Source of the DNA: Octopus sinensis
Taxonomy: Eukaryota
DNA length: 64,000 nucleotides
Direction of reading: 5' to 3'
Assembly: GCF_006345805.1 (NCBI RefSeq)
Contig: NC_043019.1
Span: forward strand, 6,447,360 to 6,511,359
Both the position numbers and the translations under genes were made by a program. Shown piece after piece: positions 38,922-50,710 of this stretch. Every line of letters begins with the position of its first letter. Position 1 is the first letter of the stretch. The notes under the pieces were generated by a model. It was not told where the DNA came from, ran no database searches, and was given only the letters and a program-made list of their open reading frames with translations.

Positions 38922-39815
38922 GCAAACTGAGAGACAGGCAGACAGACAGACAGACACACAGACACACAGGCAGATCAGAGAAAGAGACGTGTGTATCAGA
39001 ATCTGTATGTATAGGCGCATGTGCTTGCTGGCGTGTGTTTTGTGTCCATGTCTCTTTATAAATACATGTAGTTTTGAATGCATATGCACACAAACACACA
39101 TACACAAACAAACATACATACATAAATACATACATGCATGCATACATTCATACATACATACATACATACATACATACATACATACATACATGCATTCAAA
39201 CATACATACATACATACATACATAAATACATACATACATACATGCATGCATGCATACATACATACATACATACATACATAAATACATGCATTCAAACATA
39301 CATACATACATACATACATGCATGCATGCATACATACATACATACATTCATACATACATACATACATGCATTCAAACATACATACATACATACATACATA
39401 CATAAATGCATACATACATACATGCATGCATGCATACATACATACATACATACATACATACATACATACATAAATGCATACATACATACATGCATGCATG
39501 CATACATACATACATACATACATACATACATACATACATACATACATACATAAATACATACATACATACATGCATTCATACATTCATACATACATACTTA
39601 CATAAATACATACATACATACATGCATACATACATACATTCATACATACATACATACATACATAAATACATACATACATGCATTCATACATTCATACATA
39701 CATACATAAATACATACATACATGCATGCATACATACATACATACATACATACATACATACATACATACATACATACATACATACATACATACATACATA
39801 CATACATACATACGT
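38150..39815. repeat. Two long (CATA)n tracts with higher-order variant motifs
   Basis: Recurrent CGTACGTA, TGCATTCAAA and TGCATGCATGCA variants; a short non-repeat spacer lies at ~38765-38870. Confidence 0.95.
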
Positions 39816-40529
39816 GAATTCGTACATGTTTGTACTACCTCGCTCAAATATATATCCTCCACGTAATTTACGTTGACCTATACCCGATAAGAGTTTTTAG
39901 TTCCATCAACTATAATATTGAAAAAAAATATATATGAGAATAATAACATTGAAAGCCTCAAAATGTCACTACTCGGCATGAGTATTTACAGTATATATGC
40001 GAAGAATCACATTACAATAACCATTTTTGCTAAAAGACTTTGATAATAGCAGCAAGCACTGAACAATACAGATTCTTTTTATATGTTCAAAACTTACCTA
40101 CACCTAACATTAAGTCACTTTAAACATCAGTTCTTTACAAGTCTTCACTATTGTCTGAAGCAGATTTGCAACCGAAGAAAGCTAAACAAAATATCGTTTA
40201 CTCTCCTCTAATGGTTATGATTTCAGTGTAGTTATAGGTTTACCAAAAGTAAAGTCATAGAATTGTTCATACATATTTGACAGCGGGAGACATAGAGTGT
40301 TGCCAGATAAATTCGTTCGTCTTCGTTTTCATTGTTTTCTCTCAACTTGACACCTTGTCTTCCTATGTCTGAAAAGCAGTAAAATTTATTCATATTTCAA
40401 AAACGATTAAGAAAAAGCTGTAGAAGAAGAACAGAGCTACATTAAAACCATAGAATACTACAGTAAAAAATTTTTCACGTTAATTCAAATAATATTGGAA
40501 ATGACTGAAACGTATCAATAAAATGAATA

Positions 40530-40915
40530 GTATAGGAGCACTCCGTCGGTTACGACGATGAGGGTCCCAGCTGATACGATCAACGGAACAGCTTGCTCGT
40601 GAAATTAACGTGCAAGTGACTGAGCACTCCACAGACACGTGTACCCATAACGTAGTTCTCGAGGAGATTCAGCGTGACACAGAGAGTGAATAGGCTGGCC
40701 CTTTGAAATACAGGTACAACAGAAACAGGAAGAAAGAGTGAGAGAAAGTTGTGGTGAAAGAGTACAGCAGGGTTCACCACCACCCACTGCAGGAGCCTCG
40801 TGAAGCTTTAGGTGTTTTCGCTCATTAAACACTCACAATGCCTGGTCTGGGAATCGAAACCGCGATCCTACGACCGCGAGTCCGCTGCCCTAACCACTGG
40901 GCCATTGCGCCTCCA
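40530..40915 (-). mobile_element. SINE family C (tRNA-Arg-like head), full length, 14-bp TSD
   Basis: Head GTGGAGGCGCAATGGCCCAGTGGTTAGGGCAGCGGACTCGCGG and tail ..GTCGTAACCGACGGAGTGCTCC. TSD CAATAAAATGAATA at 40516-40529 and 40916-40929. Confidence 0.9.
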
Positions 40916-41286
40916 CAATAAAATGAATAACAAACGAACGAATATATATATGAACACGCTACCTATATATATCCAGAATTTGAGAGCTACAGCGTTCGAT
41001 TCTCCGTAGAGGCTTGCTGGCTACTTTTTACTCTCTCATAAGGGTATTTACCCAATTTTCTAAGCTCTCTTCACAGCCTTCCTGCGTTCTGGAATTCTTT
41101 TCTTTTCTGCAGAATGCCCACATAATTGGCGTTTCTAATTCATTCAGGGTGAGTACATTTATGTTTTCATCCATGTTCGTCAAGAACCCTTCTATGTTTT
41201 CGAGACTATCCTCAAATATATCATCATGTTTCGAGATATTTGGCAGACAATACGTTGTGCATGCAACTACATCAATTTGCTACATA

Positions 41287-41688
41287 TACTCTATTACTCT
41301 TTTACTTGTTTCAGTCATTTGACTGCGGCCATGCTGGAGCACCGCCTTTAGTCGAGCAAATCGAGCCCGGGACTTATTCTTTGTAAGTCCAGTACTTATT
41401 CTATCGGTGTCTTTTGCCGAACCGCTAAGTGACGGGGACGTAAACACACCAGCATCGGTTGTCAAGCAATGCTAAGGGGACAAACACAGACACACAAACA
41501 CACACACATATATATATACATATATACGACAGGCTTCTTTCAGTTTCCGTCTACCAAACCCACTCTCAAGGCATTGGTCGGCCCGGGGCTATAGCAGAAG
41601 ACACTTGCCCAAGATGCCACGCAGTGGGACTGAACCCGGAACCATGTGGTTGGTTAGCAAGCTACTTACCACACAGCCACTCCTGCGC
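41287..41688 (-). mobile_element. SINE family B, full length
   Basis: Near-identical to 31489-31891 apart from the internal microsatellite. Confidence 0.9.
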
Positions 41689-41924
41689 ACAAACGGAGTT
41701 TTAGTGTGACAGCAATATAGGGGTGTGATATCTTCAGGAATGTACGTAACAAATCCTCAGTAGCTTCTTTCATTTCTGTCTGTACGAAACAGGGCATACC
41801 TTAGTATGTGTATTTCTGCATCTGCTATATTAGAGAGTAAGATGCGTTTCTATAAGCACCTGACATATTGCTTGAATGCATGTGACAAGCTCTTTTAGAT
41901 AGAGAATTTTACCCGCGGCGGTAT

Positions 41925-42314
41925 GGAAGCACTCCGTCGGTAACGACGATGAGGGTTCCGGTTGATCCGATCAACGGAACAGCCTGCTCGTGAAATTAAC
42001 GTATAAGTGGCTGAGCACTCCACAGACACGTGTACCCTTAACGTAGTTCTCGGGGATATTCAGCGTGACACAGAGAAAGTGACAAGGCCGGCCCTTTGAA
42101 ATACAGGTACAAAACAACAGAACAGGAAGAAGAGTGAGAGAAAGTTGTGGTGAAAGAGTACAGCAGGGATCACCACCATGCCCTGCCGGAGCCTCGTGGA
42201 GCTTTAGGTGTTTTCGCTCAATAACACTCACACAACGCCCGGTCTGGGAATCGAAACCGCGATCCTACGACCGCGAGTCCGCTGCCCTAACCACTGGGCC
42301 ATTGCGCCTCCTCC
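41925..42314 (-). mobile_element. SINE family C, full length, 12-bp TSD (1 mismatch)
   Basis: CCGCGGCGGTAT at 41913-41924 and CCACGGCGGTAT at 42315-42326. Confidence 0.9.
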
Positions 42315-42441
42315 CCACGGCGGTATTGTGCATTGAAATGGATGGCTTTGATTTTGCATTGTTTGCACCCATGTCAGCATGCTGCACTATCTTCTGGGCC
42401 ATGTTCAAAACAGCTTGTTGCTCGATAACTGCAGTTCCTAT

Positions 42442-43429
42442 AGTAGGCTGAGAGCTGGCAGAAACGTTAGCACGTCGGGCGAAATGGTTAGTGGTATTTC
42501 GTCAGCCGCTACGTTCTGAATTCAACTTCCGCCGAGGTCGACTTTGCCTTTCATCCTTTCGGGGTCGATAAATTAAGTACCAGTTACGCGTTGGGGTCGA
42601 TGTAATCGTCTTAAACTGTTTGTCTGTCCTTGTTTGTCCTCTCTGTGTGTAGCCCCTTGTGGGTAGTAAAGAAATAGGTATTTCGTCAGCCGCTACGTTC
42701 TGAGTTCAAATTCCACCGAGGTCGACTTTGCCTTTCATCCTTTCGGGGTCGATAAATTAAGTACCAGTTACGCATTGGGGTCGATGTAATCGTCTTAAAC
42801 TGTTTGTCTGTCCTTGTTTGTCCTCTCTGTGTGTAGCCCCTTGTGGGCAGTAAAGAAATAGGTATTTCGTCAGCCGCTACGTTCTGAGTTCAACTTCCGC
42901 CGAAGTCAACTTTGCCTGTCATCCTTTCGGGGTCGATTAAATAAGTACCAGTTGCGCATTGGGGTCGATGTAATCGTCTTAAACTGTTTGTCTGTCCTTG
43001 TTTGTCCTCTCTGTGTGTAGCCCCTTGTGGGTAGTAAAGAAATAGGTATTTCGTCAGCCGCTACGTTCTGAGTTCAAATTCCGCCGAGGTCAACTTTGCC
43101 TTTCATCCTTTTGGGGTCGATTAAATAAGCACCAGTCACGCACTGGGGGCGATATAATCAACTTAATGAGTTTGTCTGTCCTTGTTTGTCCCCTCTGTGT
43201 GTACCCCCTTGTGGGTAGTAAAGAAATAGGTATTTCGTCAGCCGCTACGTTCTGAGTTCAACTTCCGCCGAAGTTGACTTTGCCTGTCATCCTTTCGGGG
43301 TCGATAAATTAAGTGCCAGTTACGCACTGGGGTCGATTTAATCGACTTAATACGTTTGTCTGTCCTTGTTTGTCCTCTCTGTGTGTAGTCCTCTCTGTGT
43401 GTCCTCTCTGGGCGCAGTAAAGAAATAAG
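42442..43429 (+). mobile_element. SINE family A pentamer: one head plus five 184-bp units, 15-bp TSD
   Basis: Units start at GGTATTTCG at 42493, 42677, 42861, 43045 and 43229. TSD AACTGCAGTTCCTAT at 42427-42441 and 43430-43444. Confidence 0.95.
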
Positions 43430-44089
43430 AACTGCAGTTCCTATCGATTCTGCATATTGCATTTTGAGGCGTGCAGAGAGTATATGTTGATTACTCTTTC
43501 CATTCTTATGTGACCCGTTTCTTCCTATTGGTGCACTATTATCCTGCAGGTCCATGTTTGATGATTTCTCGCTTCTTTGCTTTTGCTGGTTATTTTGTTT
43601 TTAGGATGGTTACCCTGCTTGATGTTCCGATGAGGCTTGGGATGGGTAAAGCTGCAGTTCGTTCCCTCTTTCACATGCCTGCAGGAGCCATTAAAAGATT
43701 ATATACTGGCAATCTGGGCTCCGTCAGTTTCTCTATCTTTGTGTTTGTTCGTTTTTATCTATTCGTATTTCGAGATGTTGTCTTTGCTTTTAGTCCCGGG
43801 CTTGAGGACAACATCTCTCTTACTTGTACAGGAGAGAAAAAGTCTGTAGGAAAAAGGTGAGAGAAGGAAAAGGAATGTTCAATGAGAGAGAGAGAGAGAA
43901 AATAAAGACAGTTTAAAATAAATAAAAATGGTGAGATATGGAAAAGTAGCGATGTTATATGCTAAAACGCATAAAACTAACATGTGTGTGTGTTTGCGTG
44001 CGTGTATGTGTGTGTGTATGTGTGTGTGCATGTGTGCTTGTGTCACTGAGCGTGTTTACGTGTGTGTATGTGTGTGTGTGTTTCCATAT

Positions 44090-44163
<74 letters not shown>

Positions 44164-44381
44164 GTGACGTTTATATGCCAACAGAATGTGGCACGCCTAT
44201 AAAAAAAGATGTTACTGTTGTTTTAGCCCCAGGAATACATCTTTTCCAGGTGACGATCGACACAGAGTTTGTGTCCGTATGGCATTCGCAAGAGAGGTAA
44301 TCACTTCCATCTCTAGCCTCACAGATCAGTGTTTAAGGATGGTTACCTGTCCCCAGTGTGAGACAGCCACAGGTTAGTGAC
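44164..44381 (-). mobile_element. Element X copy 2 with a decayed hammerhead
   Basis: Follows (TA)n, has GTGAC at both ends, and shares TATATGCCA..GAAT..GATG.TACTGT..TAGCCCCAGGA with copy 1. The decayed ribozyme is at 44318-44362. Confidence 0.65.
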
Positions 44382-44504
44382 AAACGTTTTCTTCACTCGC
44401 TAATGCTATATATTTTTTAAGAGACGCACAGACGCTCATCTTATATACAGGAAAGCAATTTGTCTTAAATCTCTGAGTGAGAGATACACTGCAACAATAC
44501 CAAT

Positions 44505-44617
44505 TAGTAATGTTTATATGCCAACAGAATGGGGTTATAACGACATTAACATCATTACTGTTGTTATAGCCCCAGGAAAACATCTTTTGCAGCTGGTAAT
44601 CGACACACATTTCGTGT
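44505..44617 (-). mobile_element. Element X copy 3, partial (hammerhead region absent)
   Basis: TAGT.A.GTTTATATGCCAACAGAAT..TTACTGTTGTT.TAGCCCCAGGAA.ACATCTTTT shared with copy 2. Confidence 0.7.
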
Positions 44618-44724
44618 CAGAACAGCGTTGAAAAGGGGAGGTATATATAAATATATAGGCGCTGGCGTGGATCTGTAGTAAAAGCCCGCTTCCTAACCAC
44701 ATGGCTTCAGGTTCAGTCCCACTA

Positions 44725-45434
44725 CGTGCCACCGTGTTGTGGGGTCCCCTGTTGCTACGATTTATGATGCGGGTTCTTGGATGGTGATTGAAAAGTGTGT
44801 CCCTATATCTCATGTTTGGATGTGGTGCTTTGGTGGGCCGTCGTTGGTAATTATTTCGCGTGGTATGTTGTCCGTGGTTGTCAAGTGGGTTGTTGAGATA
44901 AAAGCTATGTTGGTATCTCCTTATGGTGGTGGTGGTGGAGGTTGTAATTTCTATTCTGCGAGTAGTGGTTTCCTATTTGTCTGTTTTATGCGGGGGTACC
45001 CCTGATGTTGTTTCGCTGGTGGATTATGAAGTTAGGGTTAGATCTTGTATTCTTTTTCTGGTAGGTGGGATGGCTCCGTTTTTTAGATAGGTATGAATCT
45101 CTGTTTGAGTTTTGCTTTGATATTTGTATTTTTCGAAAAGGATTGCTAGAAGCGTATTCTGTTTGAAAGATAATTTCGTAGTTTAAAAACTAAGTGGCGT
45201 TTTTTTTTTCTTCCAGCGTTTGAGGGATTTCATTTCTTCTTCACATTCCTTTTTTCATAATTTGGAGATCTTCTCTAGATCGGGGCCTTGTGTCATTTTA
45301 ATTTCTTGGTTGATCTCTTCATTGTATTTTACTTTATTCTCATTCATTTGATCCCTCAATTTTAGAACTTCTATTTCCGTCTTCATTTTTTTCCAGTGCC
45401 TAAGGCGTCTTTGTGCCTCAGGTTCATCTATAAT
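44725..45434 (-). mobile_element. Probable retroelement ORF remnant (coiled-coil-like)
   Basis: RHWKKMKTEIEVLKLRDQMNENKVKYNEEINQEIK..KL plus a downstream Pro-rich segment, with strong strand asymmetry. The family is not identified. Confidence 0.35.
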
Positions 45435-45630
45435 TGCGTTGATCTGGAATTTGCGGGGGAATATAGCTACCAACGACTTCCACTCCTCGAGATCCTCATG
45501 AAGAAATCTAATAACAAAATAGAAACAGACAACTTCAGAATTTTTCCCTCTATAAATTTAGGGACAATGATCAGGAAAGAAGCATACTTTATCGCAAAAT
45601 ATAAACCTCTTTTGAATTCCGCCACCACAG
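45435..45630 (+). mobile_element. Internally deleted Penelope-like ORF fragment
   Basis: EYSYQRLPLLEILMKKSNNKIETD (RT LPFLD-like motif) is fused to NFRIFPS..RKEAYFIAKYKPLLN (GIY-YIG C-terminal E..FI...P.LN motif). Confidence 0.7.
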
Positions 45631-45899
45631 ATGGAACTGCAACAATAATTTAGATTATTTCCAACCACTACTGTTACGACTACAACAGGTCACTTTTAGG
45701 TCATTTGATCATTAAAGATTCCACGAACAATTTCTGTGGCACAGCATTCCTGTATTTTTCTTTTCTTTTCTTTCTCCTTCACTTCCTCCACCTCCTCTTT
45801 TCCTTCTTCTTCTTCTTCTTCTTCTTCTTCTTCTTCTTCTTCTTCATCATCTCGTCTTGTTCTTCGTTGTCATCGTCGTCGTCGTCTTCTCCCACTTCT

Positions 45900-46440
45900 C
45901 CCTCTTATATATATATATATATATATTGTAAAAAATGAAGTTCGAAAATGCTGCTGTATTATACAATTTTTAATTTTTATATATACATTATAACATGTTT
46001 CAGTTCCTGAAATGAACCTTATCAAAAAAAGTTATATATAAAAAAAGACAGCTCATGCCGTCAAACACAAGAAATTCATTTACAATACACAACGGAGTCA
46101 GACATCTTAAAGTTCATATATAGTTTGAAGTAAGTTCATTCATGCTATATGTTCAAAGTGTTCGATGTAGTGGCCCACGGTGGCGATACGTATTCAATAT
46201 AAAAAACAGATCAAAGTGGTGGAAAGCAGTCAATACAGAAGATTGATGTTCCCGAAAGAGCGAGGAATTCATTTTTACCTTGAGCAATTGTGATGACCCA
46301 TGGTGGGTGTTCGCTGGGTGATTCTGGTGACTTCTGGTGAGTCTTGTAAATTGTTCGGGTTTTATAATGCCTGTTAGGTGGTCAGTCCAGCGTAGCGTGA
46401 CGTCATCAACGTTTTGACCAATCGTTTCGTTAGGTGGCTT
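45900..46440 (-). mobile_element. Decayed Penelope-like 3' end with a hammerhead-like motif, terminating in (TA)n
   Basis: Weak IGQ..RWTDH peptide, hammerhead-like motif at 45992-46025, and a 3' terminal segment homologous to 63810-63870. Confidence 0.5.
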
Positions 46441-46442
46441 TA

Positions 46443-46491
<49 letters not shown>

Positions 46492-46540
46492 ATATATTTG
46501 TTGTGCAAGATTTTTTATGTGAAGTCGTGTGTTGAAACAG

Positions 46541-46691
46541 ATATTGTTATATTTCGGAATGGTCATTTTGCCAGTTTAGCCAATAAAATGTAAAAAATAA
46601 ATAACACTGAAGCAAAATAGCACCAAATATACAGTGCGTGTGTTTTTATTGGCTAAACTTGCAAAATGACCATTCCGAAATATAACAATAT
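46541..46691. repeat. Inverted repeat, 48-bp arms (47/48 identical), 55-bp spacer
   Basis: ATATTGTTATATTTCGGAATGGTCATTTTGCCAGTTTAGCCAATAAAA at 46541-46588 and its reverse complement at 46644-46691. Confidence 0.95.
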
Positions 46692-47935
46692 ATATATATA
46701 TTATTTGTCAAATAAATTCGTTTGCTTCTTTTTGTACTTGGTTCTTTATCATTGTATGTCTGAAACGAAGTAAAAAGTAACTCAGTTCCAAAAACGATTA
46801 ACAAAAGTTGTTAGGGAAGAATGGAGTTACAAAAAACACCATAAAAGCGTATAATAAACATATTTTTCTTATTGATTCAAATATTCAAATATCATTGGAA
46901 AATATTAAAATAAATGGAAAGAACAAAAAAAGACTATAGTATTACCTGACCACTGAATAATATCTCTATAGAAATTGAACACAACGGTGGCACACAGTGG
47001 TACTGAACCTGGAACCAATTTGTTAAAAATAAACTTATTACAGCGCAGTCACGCCAATCAGATATTTGGAAACTTGCGTCACGCTAACCACGTTTTGCTA
47101 ACTAAGAAGTATTTTCTGACTTGCAGCCGGCATATTGCCAAGTTCGGACTTAATTCGGCATTACCGGAACTAATTTGCTGGTTATAATTATTTACATTAA
47201 TTATAATGTTATTCATGATTCTAATTGGTGCAGAAAAATAAGCACTATGAAATATCTTCTTAGACAGATACCGTACTCTTATTAGCTCTATATAGAAATG
47301 TCCACAGAGCTCTCTCGTCAAATCTATATGAATACGTGAATTTATAGACTACCTCGCTTTTTTTTATTAGCAGGAGAGCAGATGCCACAATCAAGTCTCG
47401 TCATATTATCACGACGGTATTATTTCAGGTTGTAATACATTTTTTATTTACAATAGAATGCAAATAACTTTAAAACATGCTACAGAATGTTTGATGTTAT
47501 TCTTAAATGTCCTTTCATCTATTTTGTAGTCAGAGTGCATTTGTGTTCCATAATATATTTTATGCAGAACAGAATATGTATCTGTAGGCGTGTGTTGCTT
47601 TGATGCAAAGTATTGCTCCAACTGATGTGATCTACCGTGATCTACCGTTTTGCTCTGATGTTATGTACTAGTGTATTGGTTACAAATAATACATTATTGA
47701 CTGCCATTTCGTTTATCACTGTAATTTGTAACTGAAGTAGTTTTATACGGGAATATAATAGTTACGTTACTCTAGAGGACTGACTTCACAAGTTCTTCTG
47801 TCTGAAACATGTGACGGCGAGTGACACTCATTATTGTATTAAGCTAAACAAAATTACCCTCGCTGTTTTTGTTGCTAAACGCTAAGTCAAAGCAGTTGAT
47901 CGGTATTGCTAAAATATCGAATAAACATGTTTTGT

Positions 47936-48480
47936 GATATTTGTTCCGGCTGTTTGCGTTCTGGTTTCAAATTCTGCCGAGGTCAACTTTGTCTTCCATC
48001 CTTTCGACGTCGATAATTTATCATACCAATCAGAATCGTTAGCACGCTGGGCGAAATGCGTAGCCGTATTTCGTCTGCCGTTACGTTATGAGTTCAAATT
48101 CCGCCGAGGTCGACTTTGCTTTTCATCCTTTCGGGGTCGATAAATTAAGTACCAGTTACGAACTGGAGTCGATGTAATCGACTTAATCCGTTTGTCTCTC
48201 CTTGTTTGTCCCCTCTGTGTTTAGCCCCTTGTGGGTAGTAAAGAAATACGTATTTCGTCTGCCATTACGTTCTTAGTTCAAATTCTGCCGAGGTCGACTT
48301 TGCCTTTCATCCTTTTCGGTGTCGATAAATTAAGTACCAGTTACGAACTGGAGTCGATGTAATCGACTTAATCCGTTTATGTGTCCTTGTTTGTTCCCTC
48401 TATGTTTAGCCCCTTGTGGGCAATAAAGAAGCAGATAATTTATCATACCAATCAGATCCTGGGGTCGATGTAATGAACTA
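47936..48480 (+). mobile_element. SINE family A dimer (48034-48433) inserted into an older family A copy, 22-bp TSD
   Basis: TSD GATAATTTATCATACCAATCAG at 48012-48033 and 48434-48455; the older copy resumes after it. Confidence 0.9.
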
Positions 48481-49042
48481 TAACCCCTTAAAAACTAACC
48501 TTTTGCGAACATTTGAAACCGATATCTATTCTAGTTCTCCACACGCTGAGTTCAAATTCGTCCAACGTCGACTTTCGGCGCATGATAATTAGTAGAACAT
48601 AAGTAATAAAATAATTAGTAAAAGCATGGTATATGCTCGAATGCGTTGCTTGTGAGAGCTGTAGCTTTTAATCAACTTCAATTTGCACGTTCACTTGTGA
48701 AAGAAGTTTCACTTGTGACCATCAAGGCTGTTTTGATATCCATCTATGATAAGATTGGCATCATTTCGTCATTTCGTTTCTTACATTTAAGTGAAAAAGT
48801 ATAACATAAGGGACCTTGGATGAATTTTCTAGCACGACGAATGACCATATAAAGGCTCCCTCAATGGTTCATGGTTTTAATGTTTCCGTTCTTTCCGCCC
48901 ACGTCCGATCAAAGATATTCTAGCATACACACACACGCATTTATATTTGTAGGTATGTATATCTATGTGAAGGCGATGTGCTAGTTGTTAGGGTGTTGTA
49001 CTCATCTATCACAAGATCGAGGTTTCGAATCCTGGACCGCGC

Positions 49043-49539
49043 GAAGACCTGGAAATAATTGTTAAGCCCTGGATAAACTGTGTATGCAATAGAAGGCCAT
49101 ATGTATTTCAGTAAGACTCTGCACTATCACACATGGCTCTCGTAACAAAGGAATGGATAGCTGAAAATGTTCATGATGACATAGCCCCTAATACTTGACC
49201 TCCTAATTCCCCAGATCTCAATCCATTGGACTATTACGTGTGGAGAGTTGTTGAAAGAGAGGCCAATGAACACGCCCATAAGACCAAAGATTCTTTGAAA
49301 GCTGTCATAGTCAGAGTGATGTCCAATATGAACCAGGACCATTTGATTCGAGCAGGGAGATGATTTAGATCTCATATAGAAGCAATTGTTGAAGCTGAAG
49401 GTGGCTTTATTGAATAACTTCACAGTTAAAATGGTTTGTTTTTATCCTGATAGCATTTTTTGATGAATAAAGTTATCTGTTATTACATATTTGTTTTCTT
49501 TTTATAAACATACATTTGTCCTCAAATGTCTTACGCACC

Positions 49540-49542
<3 letters not shown>
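49043..49542 (+). mobile_element. maT/mori-type (DD37D) transposon, 3' half, decayed
   Basis: FQ*DSALSH..*PPNSPDLNPLDYYVW..AEGGFIE*, with 37 residues counted between the 2nd and 3rd catalytic Asp. The right end is ..CGCACCCTG followed by TA. Confidence 0.9.
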
Positions 49543-49576
<34 letters not shown>

Positions 49577-49611
49577 CTAAAAGTTAATATATATATATTA
49601 TATATATGTGT

Positions 49612-49738
<127 letters not shown>

Positions 49739-50281
49739 CAACTCTAACAGTTACCACTTCTTTCCAATAACATTTATTCTCCAACCAGCTCCACGTCCAA
49801 TCACATTTACATCATTTTATATTTATAAATTCAACGCTCAAACAACACTTCATATATTTTTATTGTCACTTATGAAGATTTCTTCTCAAAACGTGAAACA
49901 GTCTAAGGATACGAAGCTTATTCCGGTCTTTGAATTATTTTTAATACCTTCTTTGTAAGTGACTGTATATTTTTGTAGTAACGTAAAAATAAATCTTTGT
50001 ACGTCTCCTTGAAAATTAGCGTAACACAAACCTGGAAATGTCAGACAGACCATCCCGCCTCTCGATTATCATTAAGAAGACAGAAATATACATGACTTTC
50101 AAGAATCACATGTGAAAGCTGCAATTATTCAAAGGACATACAGTCATTGAAGTTTGGATTTCTCATTTTGTCTAAGTATAGTTACTACTGATATGTACTG
50201 ATGTAAGTTCGAGTACTGAAATAGGCCAGTGTGTCTGTATGCATGTATGTATGTATTTATGTGTGTGTGCATATATATATA

Positions 50282-50452
50282 GGCGCAGGAGTGGCTGTGT
50301 GGTAAGTAGCTTGCTAACCAACCACATGGTACCGGGTTCAGTCCTACTGCGTGGCATCTTGAGCAAGTGTCTTCTGCTATAGCCCGGGGCCGACCAATGC
50401 CTTGTGAGTGGATTTGGTAGACGGAAACTGAAAGAAGCCTGTCGTATATATG

Positions 50453-50522
<70 letters not shown>

Positions 50523-50710
50523 TTTGTCCCCCTAGCATTGCTTCACAACCGATGCTGGTGTGTTTACATCCCCGTAACTTGGCGGTTCGGCAAAAGTGAC
50601 CGATAGAATAAGTACTAGGCTTACAAAGAATAAGTCCCGGGATCGATTTGCTCGACTAAAGGCGATGCTCCAGCATGGCCGCAATCAAATGACTGAAACA
50701 AGTAAAAAGA
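50282..50710 (+). mobile_element. SINE family B, full length, long internal (TA)n(TG)n
   Basis: Head GGCGCAGGAGTGGCTGTGTGGTAAG, microsatellite at ~50445-50520 and tail ..GACTGAAACAAGTAAAA. Confidence 0.9.

Larger units (their letters stand above)
40950..43800 (-). mobile_element. Old CR1/L2-like LINE 5' half (ORF1 Cys/His motif plus ORF2 AP endonuclease) split by three SINE insertions
   Basis: GSCRHVKEGTNCSFTHPK (ORF1 C/H-finger-like), then KILYLKEL..VLIETHL, IADAEIHILRYALFRTDRNERS.GGFVTY, and an FEDSLENIEGFL segment. Outer boundaries are approximate. Confidence 0.75.

Noticed and set aside
40860-40915. SINE heads (families B, C, C2, D) as tRNA genes
   Set aside because: A and B boxes are present, but no complete acceptor stem was seen and each head continues into a SINE body and tail.
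42493-42680. CTGACGA on the minus strand of SINE A units as a hammerhead core
   Set aside because: It overlaps the GAAA directly with no stem II, and most other copies read CAGACGA.
42493-43429. Regularly spaced repeat array as CRISPR
   Set aside because: The units are contiguous 184-bp SINE bodies with no unique spacers, in a eukaryotic context with no cas genes.
43794-43856. 63-nt exon-like segment (TTTTAG..AAG|GTGAGA, PGLEDNISLTCTGEKKSVGK)
   Set aside because: It lies antisense at the 5' edge of the decayed CR1/L2-like LINE and has no linked exons. It could be a cryptic exon but is unsupported.
48966-49042. tRNA-like hairpin upstream of the maT fragment
   Set aside because: It is a decayed SINE head fragment, not a gene or promoter of the transposase.
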